Origin: Chiloscyllium plagiosum | Taxonomy: Eukaryota | DNA: 64,000 bases | NCBI RefSeq assembly: GCF_004010195.1 | Contig: NC_057718.1 | Location: 39,041,143 to 39,105,142, forward strand | Direction: 5' to 3' | Part shown: positions 13,551 through 27,930 of the stretch, piece by piece | Position numbering within the stretch: the first letter of the stretch is position 1 | Layout: the number at the start of each line of letters is the position of its first letter | Notes under the pieces: model-generated | What the model saw: only the letters and a program-made list of their open reading frames with translations | Databases searched by the model: none | What the model was told of the DNA's origin: nothing | Program-made: the position numbers and the translations under genes

Positions 13551-16324
13551 GGACTTTTATGATCTCAGCTGATAGTAATACTGGATAAATCAGAACCCAG
13601 AGTAAAACCTGACTTGATAACCCACATTTTTTATTTTTGCAAACTGTTTACAGTGGTGATTAACCATTGACCATATTCAGAAGAGGCTACCAAAATCTTC
13701 AATGAAACTGCAATGCTTATTATACAAAAGAAAAAAAATTCTATTTCACACTATATAGAGAATAATTTGAAAACAGTTACATAAAAATAAAGGTTCTGAC
13801 TTCTTTACCGTCAACAAACTTACAGATACTCAATTTTCAGGGAAGAGTCATTCTGTTTCCACCTTAAATTTCCTCAATTAGTTGCATGACTATATTTGAC
13901 TTCTGTATCGCAAGCCTCTGCATTCATTTGATGCTATCTCCTTCAAGTAATGCTTTTCATGACACCCGTAAACAAACTGCTGAGAGTTCATTTACTCTTT
14001 AACATACAAACTCACATCTTCAACAACTTTGTAGAACGTTTTCCTCTGACACTTTAAAGCCATCTGTTTCTGTGACTTTTCTCTTAGTAACTTCCAAGTC
14101 ATTCAGGACATTTCTGTCTGACCTGTTTTGAAGACTGCTAAACTACACTGCTGATCCTACAGGCCTCTGTCTTTCCAAATAACTTGTATCTCTCCAAAAC
14201 AAACTGCAGTTACCTTCTGCATGGTTCAGTCTTTCTAAAAGGAAAACTTGTTTCTGTCTCTGCCTCCCTCTGTCTTAGAAGACCTTGTTGTGAGAAAACA
14301 ATCCAGCTTTCTCCTATGTGCACCTTTTCCAAAATTATTCACCTGGATTTTGTTTTGTTAGAAGACCTCATTTAAGTGCAAAGAAACTCCACACAACTTG
14401 TCACCACGATCAGAACTCAAAAATGAACTAAAAAGATGTTACCCTTCTTAACGCAATATGTAAATATAAATCAAGCTTAAAGCTACGTGTTTTGTTCACC
14501 TTAGAATTCAAGTTTCCAAATAATAATAAATCATGAACAATCACAGATCTGAGTTGATGTTGTCCATGTTTGGAATTTCGTATCTTAGATATGTGACTAC
14601 TTGGGACTTTGAATACATACAAGACTGAAATCAATAGCTTCTTGGAAATGTAGAGGAATGAAGAGAAATGGAGATGAGAAGGGGGAGTCGAGGTCAAGCA
14701 TCTTATTGAACAACAGAGCAGATTCTAGCAGCTCAATGCCATACACCTGCTCCGACTACTTAGGTAGTCAATATCTTTGTTATAGTTCATGGCAGTTAAA
14801 GTGAGCAGTTATAATGTGAATTGTGTTCTTGAAGAGCTCAAGTTTGTAAACCAATTTGGTGTTAATTACTTTGATTGCTATTGCATTGAATTCCACAGAA
14901 GAAAAATGTTTTATTTCCTTCAGTCACTAATGCTTCTTGAAGCCTAGTTCTTTATAAGAATAGTGATGTGGTATTGATCATTTTTGTAGGAAGAATAGAA
15001 ATGTAGTTTTTCTACTGCTAAAAGTCTCCGTCTCTGTGGTTCCATTTGGTGTACTACTTGTTGAGATTATTGCAAATGGGACATTACTTTGCTCTTTGGT
15101 GCAAACACTGCCAGTTATATATTTCTGTGTAGTTGAGTCTTGACATCAGCAGAGATCATTATCAGCTAAGGGAGATCTAAATTGCTGACATTGAAGTCTT
15201 CCTCAATCTTGAGATTGCTCAGATATCTTCAATTGTGAGATTATTGTGAAATAATAGAGTAAATCCCAGACTGAAAATTAGTCTGATACAGTTCTAAGTT
15301 TGAACACAGTGGCCTCTTATCTCAAAAGTGGAAAGTCCCCATGGACCACCACGCATGCACTGCAATTCACCAGAAATGTTTCTTTAAAGAGATCTATATA
15401 GAAATCCATGCAATAAAGTGAACATTGCAGAAAAGAATGAACTCTCGTAAATTACATTTAGAATTGGTTACTTACATTTACTTAAGGACTTCCAAAAAAG
15501 ATAACTTAGAAACTAACGGTGTGAGCATAAATCGTAGCAGTGATTTTATGTTTTAATAATTAGAATTAACAAATTCTATTATTGCACATACAATGCAAAA
15601 TAAGTTGCAAATTCTGAAAATCAGAAACAAAAATATAAAAATATTGAAGAAGATAGAAACGTTGCCAAAGTTATGTCTTGTACTGATCAGTGCAAATGCA
15701 ACAATGCCAATTTTAAGTGATCGTAGTTTAGACGATAGAAGAAAAATGTGCAAGTTGATTATGGCCAAAAGAAAATGGAAGTTATGGAAAAAAGAAAATG
15801 AAACTATAGATTGACTAAGGTCCAATCAAAGTTATAAAAGCTACAAGGCTTGAATGTATTCCTTTTCAGATTAAAAAAAAGTCTATCTGTTGACATATTG
15901 ATGTTCTAGTTATCTATGTGAAGCAATAATTATGGACAGAATCTTCTGAGTTTAGCAGGTACCTGATTTGCTGCCTGCAAAAGCACTGAGACAAAAGTGC
16001 TCAATCTGAGAAGGAAGATCTGTTGCCCAGCAAGCAATCAAATGGGCATCAGTGGACCTCCCTCCCAACTGAGCACCCCAGGAAATAACACCCTGGCCAC
16101 CTAGAACTGTCAGTAAGTGGCTGATAACTCCAAAACTATGGAAGATTGTGTGGCTGCTGCTAATGCAGCATGCCTGAAGTCCCAGGGAATGAGGAACAAC
16201 TCAGGGTCAAAGGTAAGTATTGTTGGAAGGAATCTTGTAGAATCGGGTTGTAGGAAAAGGAGCCATGCAGGTCAGCAGCAAAGACAATAGGTAGCTCCCT
16301 CAGTAGTCACCCATGTAGGAAGGG

Positions 16325-17005
16325 AATTTATGACGAATACTCTGGGAACCACCGAGAATTAGAGAGACCTTAGTGTACATAGCTGCTGGTCACTTAAGGT
16401 AGTGGGATAGGTAGGTAAAGTGGTTAAGAAGGCATATGGGATACTTGCCTTTACTACCCGAGACATAGAGTTTAAGAGTAGGGAACTGATGCTGGAACTG
16501 TATAAAACATTGGTTAGGCCTCAGCTAAAGAAATGTGTGCATTTGTGGAATCTACATTTTTGGAGGGATGTGATTGCATTGGAGAGAGTGCAGAGGAGAT
16601 TTAGCAGGATGTTGCCTGGTCTGGAGATTTTTAGCTATGAAGAAAGATTGGAAAAACTGGTGTTGTTTTCCTCAAGCAGTCTGTGAATGGGGCCAGGAAA
16701 GAGATATCTAAAGAGATGTTTAAAATTATGTGGGCTTGGACAAGGTAGATGGGTAGATTTATGGTAAGGGGCAAAAGGTTAGAGGGGATGTGAGGAAAGA
16801 AACCTTTCATTTAGAGGTTGGTGGGAATGTGGAACTCACTACCTGTAAGGCTGGTAGAAGTAGAAACCCTCATAACATTTAATCAGTATTTAGATGAACA
16901 TTAATGCCAAGGCATTAGAATAGCCCAGTGGTTGTTTTTGACTGGAATAGACTCAATGTGCCGAAGGGCCTTTTTCTGTGCTGTAAACCTTTGAATCTAT
17001 GACTT
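16325..17005 (+). mobile_element. CR1 LINE 3' end (5'-truncated)
   Basis: ORF 16420-16686 VKKAYGILAF..LYKTLVRPQL..LERVQRRFSRMLPGL..YEERLEKL; tail gccgaagggcct..tctgtgctgta. Confidence 0.93.
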
Positions 17006-19074
17006 GCTTCAGCCTCATGTCCATACCTTCAAACATGCACAAATTATTACAGATTCAAAATATGCTGGTAACACCAGTAGTGTTTAATGGATATTAATGC
17101 AGACATATGAGAACTCGAGACCTTGGACTCTTTTTAAAAGTTTCTAAAAGCTCCTTGATGAGACAACTGTGCATTAGATCAATTTCTAAAAATTCCTTTG
17201 TTTAAATTTGTTACTTCAATATAAATCTCTGAGATCTGTGTAGCTTTGACGCTATTTTAAAATCTTAACTCCATCTCAGTTCTATTAATTGGTATTAGAT
17301 TTTATCAGCAAATTTCAAAATGATTGTTTATGTCGTTGAATATCATTTATTAGGTCTCCTGATAGAGTGAAAGTCTTGGTTTTGGCATCATTATGGGGTT
17401 TTTTTTCAGCATCAAGAGCAAGGAACTGAGAGACCCCTGCTGACTTAGATTCTCACCAGAATCTGTAGAGAACCCCACAGTGGGCTGTCTGTCTGTTGGA
17501 GCATGCATGCACAGGGAGGGATATTGAAAGCACCATTGCAGCTGTTTAAGGAGCTCTGGCAATGAGCCGGCTGCGTTTTGTTCATGGCTGGCAGACTGCA
17601 TTCACGATGCTTGTATTTACTCTTCGGAGAATGAAAAATAAAGAAATTCAAGCTAGTCAGTACAATTAAGGTAACCTTGAAATGTTAAATTCAAAGAAGA
17701 GTTGGGATTAAATGAAGAAGGTCGGAAGGAGTGCCTGTGAAATACAAACGTAGATATGCACCTGCTGGATTGAATGGCATGAATCTGTGATGCGGATTAC
17801 TTGTGAAGTAAGGATTTGCAAGATTTCTTAACAATGTAGAGTTCCAGAATGAGTTATAAACCGAAAGAGAAAAGACAAACATGGAGTTCATTTTTTAAAA
17901 ACTGAGCGTTGTGAAAGAGATTGCTACACTTTTTAAAAGCAGGTTACTAATGCCTGTTATAATCGCTGTTTAAACTGTTGCTTGTTCAAGCAGTGGGAAC
18001 AGGTTACTGCAGACAGACTGGCAGCAGGGGGTGTGCACAACATGAAATTCAGCTGGCAACAATAGTACATTTTTCTGTGGTGTTGTGACCAGCCGTTCAC
18101 TCCATTCAGATAAAACAGTGTCCCCACTACTTGAACAAGTACTCTTCATTCATGACCTTGGCATCCAGCATTTGCCAACCACAGGATTATCACTGCACCT
18201 CTCTGATCCACTTGCAGGTGGTTTCAGAAGTGCAGACTTGAACTGCAGAACACACTGGCAATGATCATTGGAATGCTGCTGCAAGGACACTCTGTACCAG
18301 GTGCAGACACCCAGCTCATGGCTTGGTCCAGGCCAGCATCCTAGGGTTGCTTGCTTGCCCTCTTAACACTTGCTAACTGAATGTCTGCCTGAGGGCTTGC
18401 AGCATCCTATGCCTAGCCTTGTCTGTTAGCAGGTTGGCACATTACCCAGAACCAAAAGCTATAACTAGTGCTCTATTGACAGTACACACAGACTGGCTGT
18501 TTCTCTTGCTTGTCAGTACTGATCTGCTTGTGGGGGGCAGGGATGATGTGGTCTTCTCTATAAATGACACATCAAGAGTTCAGACTTACACTTATACCAA
18601 CTGCCTGCACAATAAACTCCTGCACATTTATTCAACCAAATTGCTATATTAAAACCTTGTTGGGGCCAGTTCTCAATCCAGTCAAGGCAATTGCTGGTGG
18701 TCAGTCTCTGTATCATCAGTCATGGACACAGTCCATAGACAGTCCAGGATTTTGGCCACGGTGAGTCATCCACATAGGTTGCCGACAGATGGGGATCTGT
18801 CCGACTAGAGCCCAGGTTGTGGGCAACCGTCAGTCCTGTAGTGCTAGCTCAAGCAGTTCAAGGGAATCGGAAATCAACTGCAGAAAGACTGACATCCCTT
18901 GGATCAGCATCATGGAATGGCATGTTGTAAGGTGCGGGTAGACTTTGTTGTGAGGCTGATTACTTGATCTGGTTAGGTAGTTAATGAAACAAGTTTGATA
19001 AGATAGGGCAAGAAATCTCCTTCGGCCTTGCAGCAGAAATTCCTCCAGAAAAGTTGATACAATTTGCACTTAAG

Positions 19075-20080
19075 CAGAAAAGGTAAGACTTAGCCAAAGG
19101 TGTCAGTGAGTAAGATCAATGTAATGAATTGGAGTAAAACAATAAAATTAAAGGCTCCTTATCTGAGTGCACGAAGGATTTGCAATAATATAGATAAGCT
19201 ATTGACACTAATAGAGATAACTGGTTTAAATTCTGAGCCATGGTGCCAAGGTGTAGAAATTAAATGTATTTTGGAAAGATAGGCAGAATGGCAAAAGAAG
19301 AAGAATAGCTCTGATATTAAAGGGCAGCATAAGGACATTAGCAAGAAAGGAACTAAAACAGAACATGTTGGAGAGACTCAGCAGGTCTGGCAGCATCTGT
19401 GTAGAGAAAAACAGTTAACATTTTGAGTCAAGGGAAGAAGGCTCACTTTACTTCAAATGTTAACTCTGTTTTTTTTCTATACAGATGCTGCCAGTCCTGC
19501 TGAGTTTCTCCACCACTTTGTTTTCATTTCAGATCTCTAATCTTTGAAGTTCTTCCTTTTGTAGTAAGAAAAGATCTTGGCTCAGAAGATCAGGAAGTTA
19601 AACTATATTGGTGAAGATAAGGGACAGCAAAAGTCAGAAACAGTGTTGGATTTTGTTTATGAATCTAGCTAATTATACTGGCAGACAGAGCATTACGCAA
19701 GAAATTATTGGAGCGTGAAACAAAGGCAATATTATAATTTATGTGGAGTTTAATCTTTGTGTAGGCTGGACAAATTAAATTGACAGCGGTAGATGGTAAA
19801 ATACTTTCACAACAGCTTCCAGGAATGATGGATTGTAGAGGTAGTTAGAGTTTTAGCTAGTATAGATCTTGCATTGTATAATCAGCCAAGTTTAATCAAT
19901 TATCTTACTGTATGTGATCTGCTTGGCAAAAGTGATCATGTGTAACTGAATTCCATGTTAAGAACAATATACTCCAGTTCCAAACACGAATATTAAATTC
20001 AAACAAACTACTTATATAGGTTTGAGGAAAGAGCTGGCTAAAGTTGATTATGTATGTAATCAATTAGGAGACAGGAGTAA
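19075..20080 (+). mobile_element. Degraded CR1 ORF2 endonuclease region
   Basis: LKAPYLSARRICNNIDKL matches the CR1 ORF2 start; later remnants resemble GDFN and LGKSDH motifs. Confidence 0.65.
19348..19562. mobile_element. Fold-back non-autonomous PLE copy inserted in CR1
   Basis: Arms ggagagactcagcaggtctggcagcatctgt / acagatgctgccagtcctgctgagtttctcc; decayed TSD tagcaagaaag / tagtaagaaaag. Confidence 0.8.
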
Positions 20081-21149
20081 TCAATTATACGTGATCACTT
20101 TCCCAAGCAGATCTTATACAGTGCAATGACAAATTCCACAGTATATAAGTGGACTACGGTATGTGGTAAACTGCAACCTGTATTCTGTCAGGGAATTGTG
20201 GGAAGTGGGTGAGAAAATGGATATTGACGGCTGGATGGTGTACTCTTCCAGAATTTCTTATATTTTAAAAACAGATTCTAGTAGTGTGACAAATGAGAAT
20301 TTCCGTGATGGGTGACTGAAAGCATATTTCCCAAGAAAAAGCTGTCAAAACACCTGATGGAAGAAGGGATACTCATTTATATTTGTGCCACCTCTACTGG
20401 GATCCTCCTGCTGAACTCACATGCATTTGCTGAAAGTCAAAAAAACTAAGTTTCTTATACCATGCCAACTCAAGTGTGTCACCTATTCCATGAATTAGCA
20501 ATGATGGAATGTATAGTCATTATCAAAAGGCTTACATTAACCACAGTGTATCTGGGGCCAACTATAAATGTTTTAAGGATTGTAGTGACATTTGTGTGCG
20601 GTTTTAAATTAGATCTCCTGGGTTCTGTGGGATGTCTGTAGAAAACAAAGGTAAAACACGAATGTGAGCCAACTGTTCATCGGCTATCGTTAACCTCTTC
20701 AATGCTGTTCTGTGTAAGAGTTACTTAGCAGGTTTAATCACATTGTCAAGCAAGGATTCTTTCCTATTCAGATCCTTTAACTAACTAAAGAAGCATCTGT
20801 TTGTTAATTGTGAAACAATAATAAACATTGAGCTGCATTTGGATTGGCTAAAAAGAACAGGATGTCACATGTTCCATTGTTTTCATCAGTAAAATTCAAC
20901 AGATCTTAGCTTAACCACAAGTCAATTTCAATCTAAACAGCCCTATTTAAAACTAGAAACTAAAGACAGCAGAGCCAAGGTACAATGTGCTGGGTGGAAT
21001 TTAATACACTTCCCAGAGGCATATTGGGAAGGAGGGTGCAAGTGGAGCCACAGCTACCTTCCCAGCTCTACCTCAGTTAAATCTGGGCCAGAAATGCTGA
21101 TAATGAGACAATTGAAATCCACTTGAGGGCCTTATCCTGCCATTGCTGG

Positions 21150-21398
21150 TATGCTAGAATAAAAAGCGAGCCGAACTGCAACGATTTTACCACTGTTGAT
21201 TATTGTAAAAACTCATCTTGTTCACTAATGTCCTTTTGGGAAAGAAATCTTTCATCCTTACCTCTTCTGGCCCAGAGGTTGCTCCAGACCCACAGTAACA
21301 TGGTTGGCCGTCAACATCCATCAGGGCAAGTAGGGATTGGCAATAAATGCAGGCCTAACTAATGGTGTCCACATCTCATGAATGAATAAAGAAAAATA
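21150..21398 (+). mobile_element. SINE (5'-truncated) sharing its tail with the CR1/L2-group LINE
   Basis: aaaactcatcttgttcactaatgtcc..ccacatctcatgaatgaataaa; opposite-strand relative at 52310-52580; tail like 1285-1325. Confidence 0.75.
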
Positions 21399-23639
21399 AG
21401 TCACCACAAAGGAGGACCGGAAAACCAAACCCTGTTCTGTTTGCTTTCAGGCTCCTGTCAGTGGCAGGTAAGGGGAGGTCCTTGTTTACTGACACTTGTG
21501 TTTTATTAAGGTACCAGCATTAAGAAAGCTGTGGGTGAAAGGGGTCACACTATGAGCCTCACCATTACCCTTGTTGGTTCACCCATCCTGTCTCCCATAT
21601 GTCCATGATACATTCATTCCTCTGGCGTGGCTTGCAGGAGCAGATTTTCTCATCTTGTTTCATTTTATTGTATTATAGTCTTATTTATAACAGAGATAAA
21701 TAGCTTCATGATTGGTAAGGGATCAAGGATCATGGGGAGAAGGCAAGAGAATGGGGTTAAGAAATCTATCAACCAAGATCGAATGGTGGAGCAGACTCTG
21801 AGCTGAAAGGCCTATTTCTGCTCCTATCGTTATAATGTCCACCAGCCCTTGAGGCCAGGATTTCTGCTCCAAGTCCTCAAAAGGCACTTTGTTACCAGTG
21901 GATCTTTCCCATAGGAAGCAATGAGGGTCTCTCACTCGGTGAAACTACCTCCACCTGTATTAATTCCTCTTCTTAAATCTTAAGGATTATGAGTTTGTTA
22001 TTTGTGTGCTAAGTTGTGCATGCAGGCAGTTTATAGACCAGAGCAGTGGAAAAGAATGAATGCTTATGAGGTAAAATGCTGGATGAATTTTAACCCCCTC
22101 ACTTGGCAGAAACCAGGCTGCAAGCTGTTAAAGTTGACTAGAGGAATTTGCTTACTACTGATACTCTCCACTCCCCCTGTTTTCTCCTCTTCAAATATTC
22201 ATTTATTTCCAATGGTCACTGCCTGATGTAAAGCATTGAATGCTGCACCACTGTTTGCATAAATGATATCAATGGAGTCAGACGAAATATAAAATAATCA
22301 ATCCAGTCCTCTCAGTTTCTTGCTGCAGGTTAGATTAAAATCACTTCTGGGGTTTTGGGCTGATTTATTGGTAAACAGGATATGTTGTGACTAATGTTTC
22401 TAGCATGAATTAATAGACCGTGAGAGAACAATATACTGAGGTCTCTAGGACACCAAGAATTGTGTAGACCTTTGCTTTCTTATGATTTGTCAGATGTTTG
22501 AATGAATCTTGTTGAGTTCCTCAGTACAGTCTTTTAAGAATGTCCAAAAATTATAATAGCCGTCAAAGTAATTTGTGGCATTGTTACAGAGAAAGGCTAA
22601 TTACTTTCTGAAGCTGAAGAGAATGGTAATGAGGAAGATGGGAGTGTCCTTCATACCCACAGTAAAAGGTTGTAAACTAGGCAAGTGCAACAAAAAAATC
22701 CATCAATATACTGGTATGTCAATAATAAAATACAGCTTTTCTCAAGAATTAGAAATCCTTCCTTCATTATTTCTGCTGTCCCACGCACTTGACGTCCTCA
22801 ATAAAGTTATTCGTAAAGAATTCTGTACTTCAAAGTCGAATTGTTATATTCTTGCATTTCAAATACTTATTTCATGAAGCTGCATACATCAAGGGAAATA
22901 AACTCTTAACTAGTCAAGCATTTTTAAAACCTTTTTATACTTTTTAGTATGTTTCCCGAATTATTATTATAACAGTTTCAAGGATTAACTAAACTATATC
23001 TTGCAACCATATCTACCTTTCATGCTTTGTCTAATCAGATTTTGCTTCTACCCGTCTATCCTTTATCCTGTCTGTTTTGTGAAAGGTGGCTGAGATATTG
23101 TCTTATTGAGTTTTGAGGTGATTCACATTACATTTAAACTTCTGTTGTTGAAGGTCCTGAATCTGCTATGCTTGCAAAAGGGTAGTGGCCCAGGTCTGAA
23201 GATCCCTGTTTCTTGCGTTGAAGGGCTACTATTTAGAAAAGGATTTTGATCATTCTCACTTCATGATTGACCACTATATGTAACCTGTTTGTTTAGGCAC
23301 AGGTTCAGAGGTGTTAGTGATCATTGTGAGAATGGCCAAAGTTGTATTTTTTTAGGCTTTGGAAGTATTGTGATTGTGCCATGTTAAAACTGACCTTGAA
23401 ACCATATTAGGGAGCTGCCAATCTTAGTGTTTTGTTATTACATATAACTGGACTGCTAATCACTTTAAGAGCTCCTGCCTCAAGTTACAGCTGCACGTAG
23501 TAGACTCACCCAATATTCTATTGTCTCATCTCTTATTCATGGAAATGTACAAGATCAAAAAATTAAAAAGAGAGATGTTTGGAAACTAGGTGTCATGGTT
23601 GCAAACTGAACATAAGTACCTCGCAAAGACTGACCCAAT

Positions 23640-24520
23640 TGTTTTTAATTCTTTCATGGAATGAGAGACCAACATTTTTGTCCATCACTAATCGTCCTTG
23701 AGACATTGGTAGTGAACCTTGTATTGAATTGTTGCAAACTGCGTGGTGCACACACACACCGCTATTAGGAAGGGATTTCCATGTTTTTGGCATTACTACA
23801 CCAAAGGAATGATAAAATGGTTCCACACAAGGATGATATTGGGTTGAATTTGCAGATGGTGTTTTTGTCATATGTGTACTTGTTTTGTCTGTTTTGGTTG
23901 TAAAGAAAGCAGATTTGGAAGGTGAGGTGCTGCAATACACCATATATGTTACACACTGTCGCTGGATGAAGAATTGAATGTTTAACATGGTGAAGCTTCT
24001 TAAATATTGTTGGAACTGCAGTTAGCTAGCAAGTAATGAATATTCCATCAAACTCCTGACTTGTTCCTAGCTTGGTGAACAGGCTTTGAGAAGTCAGGAG
24101 ATTAGTTACTAGATGAACCATTCCCAGCTCCGACAGACTGTTGTGGTTTCAGTATTTATATCATTCATCCAGTTACATTTCTGGTCAATGGTAACCCCCC
24201 AGAACATTGAAATCGTGAAGGTCACCATAATCCCCAAAGACACAGGCTGCTCTCTCATTAGAGAGACGACTTGTGGTGAATTTAATCTGACAGTCACCAT
24301 GCCCTAGGTGTGGGGTGCTGTTGAGAAGGCAGGTCCCTTATGGTTATCTCAGTTGAACATGCACTATTGATGTCACTTTGCATTGCAAACCAACTATCCA
24401 ATCAACTGAGTTAACCGACCCCTCACCCAAGATGTTGATGATGAGGAGATGGAATTCATAATGTTAGGTATTCAGTGATGATAATATCATTGAATGCCAA
24501 GGGCAGATGGTTGGATCAGC
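23640..24520 (-). mobile_element. Decayed CR1/L2-group LINE 3' part, interrupted by a tRNA-derived SINE at ~24220-24422
   Basis: Tail ttctttcatggaatgaga; FWGVTIDQKCNW in ORF 24109-24300; atggtaaccccc resumes after the insert. Confidence 0.7.
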
Positions 24521-24689
24521 ATTTATTCTCCAAAGTATAGAAGAGACCCCATCCTGAGCAATGAATATAGTGACAAAAATTTAAAGAACCCAAAGTAAAT
24601 TACAACTTCACATCAGAGGAGTTTTTGGGGTCTTTGCACAGTGTAAAAAGATTAGGGAAACAGATTGATGTTATGTGAAAAGGTACATG

Positions 24690-24978
24690 TGCTATTGGAG
24701 ATGATAAAAGTGTTGTGGAGGGAACAATCCCTTTGCAGTGCAGATAGAGGAGGGAAGTGGAAAATATATTTGCTACTGTAAAAATGATTGAGATTGAAGT
24801 GTTTAATGTGTAGTCCCATAGAGTGTAAGGTGAGGGCAATGACGCCATTTTGAAGTTCTGGGAGGGGTGAAAGCAGAAGTATATGGAATGGATCAGACAT
24901 GGTTGACTGCTCTGACAAGCATGGTATAGCTGAGAGTGCATCCTCAGTTCAGGAGAAAGAAAGACAGATCAGAAGCCA
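24690..24978 (-). mobile_element. Old Penelope-like ORF fragment
   Basis: Reverse complement resembles 2040-2340 and 9450-9730 (..PPLSALQRDCSL). Confidence 0.6.
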
Positions 24979-25329
24979 TCGCAATGAGCTTTTCTGTTGC
25001 AACTTGTGCTAATTGAACAGCTCCCAAACCAAAAGGGTAATTGGTTTGGGTTGACATGTGGATGTGAAAAGATGTGAACAGGTTTGCTGAGAGTTCAGTT
25101 AGTCAGACTGACATTGTCAAACTATAGCATCATTTGGTGCTATGGGAAATGGCCTGAAATTACCAAAATTATTTTTTAAATCGGACTGTTGTGGTTGGGA
25201 ATCCCTATGTAATCCATTTGGGCTAGATTTAAAGCCAGATCTCAGCAGTCAATGGGCAGTATTGTGATAAAATCCGTTTTCTACATTAATTTGTTCTGTC
25301 TAATTTGGCTGAACGGATGCTGCACTGTC

Positions 25330-25660
25330 ATGAGGGAAACTGTTGGAGAAAATTCTGAAGGATAAAATTAATCTCTAAGTGAGAGGCAAGGTTTGATGAG
25401 GGATGGTCAGCATGGCTTTGTCAGAGGAAGGTCATTCCAAACCAATTTGATCGAAGTTTTCAAGGTGATAATCAGTAGGGTAGTTTATATAGTTTTGAGC
25501 AAAAGTTTTGACAGGGTCCCAGATGGGAGACTGATAAAGAAGGATTCAGGGTAACTTGACAAGATGGATCCAAAATTAGCTAGTCGAGGGTGGTAGTAAA
25601 GGCAGTTTGTGTGACTGGTGTGACTGGTGTACCACAGGACCATCAGTGGACCTTGGCTTA
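25330..25660 (+). mobile_element. CR1 RT fragment
   Basis: GQHGFVRGRS, aaaagttttgacagggtccca (KAFDKVP-like), GVPQ.PSV. Confidence 0.75.
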
Positions 25661-26860
25661 TCATCCACATTTTGGAGGTGTTGCACTCAAGACAAAAGAA
25701 TGTCCCATGCTTTAAGGATGCTTCCAATGGGTACTCGTGGAGGGTGTCCAAGAAATGCTGTTTCCCAGGAATGGCAAAAATAAATCATCCCGAGACACCA
25801 AGGTGGTCTGGCTGGAGGTGGCTGTGGTGGTCAGCGTCCATGGCAACCAGAGAGTAGACTAGATACAGTGCTATAAGATGGCCACTATCTTCCCAAAGCT
25901 TCATTTGAATGTGAGTTAACAGTGTAATCTTGTCACTGCACGAGACTGTTATGAAGAAAATTGGGTGTCAAGCATCTCCATCAGATGCCTCATGTGCAAT
26001 CAGTGTCTCACCTCATTGCATCTATCCATGCTGTACCACTGGCAGCACAGTGCTCCTGCCTCTCTCCTATCTGCTAAAGTTCATGGCTGAAATTCAAGTT
26101 GAACTCCCTTCCATTCCTTTGTACCCAGAACACCTTTCTGTTGACCTTTTTTGTTGATGCCTCTTGTAGGTTGTGCCATTACTTAAACTAATACCCCATT
26201 TTAGGTAGTCCCTGTTTTTCATTTAAGGCACACATGCCTGCCCTGGTCAGGCTTGCTTACTTAAGCAAGTGTAGCTGCCTCAGTTATACAGGATATTGGC
26301 CCTGTTCAGCATTCATTCCTAACTCTCTAAGTGTCTGAATGCATGAAACATGACCGCCTATGAATTTACCATCTCATGAGCTGCTGAAAAGTAAGATTCT
26401 TCAACCCCAAACATGGGAAGCATTTGCTCAATGAAAGAACTTGTTACTGAAAAGTCAAGTAATGAATTTGTGCTTTCCTCACCAGAGCTTGGAGCAAGCC
26501 AGGTAGATGTCTTGTGTATATTTGGATTTGTGAACATATATGTTTCTGTTCTTGGGGGGAGGAGGGGCAGCAAATTTGTATCCATGAAGGTATTACAATG
26601 GACTGTATTAGTATTCATAGTGCTAATTATTGCAAAGCAGATTCTCGACGGAAAAGCTAAGTTAACGCATTCTAACCTGAAATGTATTGAGAAGTTAATG
26701 TCAAAAATTTAACCCACCATCAGGAATTTGCCTAATTAAGTTCTCCAACCTGCGTTTCTGAAAGCTCTGCACGGGCCCTGAAAATTCAGCACATGAGATA
26801 CGAGAAAGTAGATAGCTCCACCGAAGCCATTATGGGCTGACTGCTTCTTCCTCTGGAGGG

Positions 26861-27196
26861 ATTCTATAGCAGTGTGGAAACAGGCTCTTCGGTCCAACAA
26901 GACCACACCGACCCTCTGAAGAGTAACCCATCCAGACCCAATCCCCTACCCTATTATCCTATATTTACCCCGACTAATACACCTAACCTACACATCCCTG
27001 ACACTATGGGAATTTAGCATGGCCAATTCACCTAACCTGCACATCTTTGGACTGTGGGAGGAAGCCGGAGCACCCAGAGAAAACCCATGCAGACACTGGG
27101 AGATTGTGCAACTTCCACATAGACAGTCACCCGAGGCTGGAATAGAACTTGGATCCCTGGTGCTGTGACGCAGCAGTGCTAACCACCATGCCACCC
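26861..27196 (-). mobile_element. HE1-like V-SINE
   Basis: V-domain ctgcacatctttggactgtgggaggaagccggagcaccc; tRNA-derived head; CR1-type tail. Confidence 0.93.
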
Positions 27197-27930
27197 ACTA
27201 ATTTCTGAAATACTAACACCTACAAACTTTTATTTTAATTTAGCACATTCTTGTCTTAGAATTAATTTTTACATTCCAGTAATTGCAGTGTACAGTAATT
27301 ACACATAATAGCAGCAATTTAAGTATTCTTTTCCAAATACTTATGTATTTTCATGAACCAATCATTGTTAACTCAGCAAAATGCAGGTGGCTTGTTTACA
27401 CTCTCCTTGTATTACTTTAAGACAAAATCACCTGCATCTTAGAAAAAATAAGCCATGCTTGTATCTGGACTACTGTGTATCAATTGGAAGGAAATAAATT
27501 GCTCTTGAGGTTTGCATGTTTAATTTTAATGCTGACAATGCTACACAATATAGGAATTTCCATATATCTATTTATAAGTATATTTGAATTCCTTGCGTTA
27601 TATCATAAAATTCTACGTAAAAGGAGATAGTGCAGAAATTCAATTGAAATAATTGCAGTCTGAACATGTTTGATCAAAGTTGAGATTTTAAAACAGTTAT
27701 AGTCATGTATTTGCTTCAAGGAAGAAAGTATAATTATGGAAATTAAAAATAATTACAATGAGAATGTAACAATACTCTGCTGACCGAGTATCATTTGATA
27801 AAGTTGATTTTATAAAATTTAATGAATACGTGGGCATGTGATTTTGTTGAGTTGAGGATTAGAAGTGTACAGTTACCAGGAGTCATCATATAGCTGAGAA
27901 GCCAATCAAGGTATGTGTAATGCTAATAAC

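Noticed and set aside
13557..14440. Solo LTR on the minus strand
   Set aside because: Composition is suggestive, but no TG..CA pair or TSD could be fixed
17410..17670. Coding exon between ttttcag and AAG|gtaacc
   Set aside because: All three frames stop before the donor
18750..18790. YVDD on the minus strand as an RT active site
   Set aside because: No other RT motifs in frame; the context SATYVDDSPW is atypical
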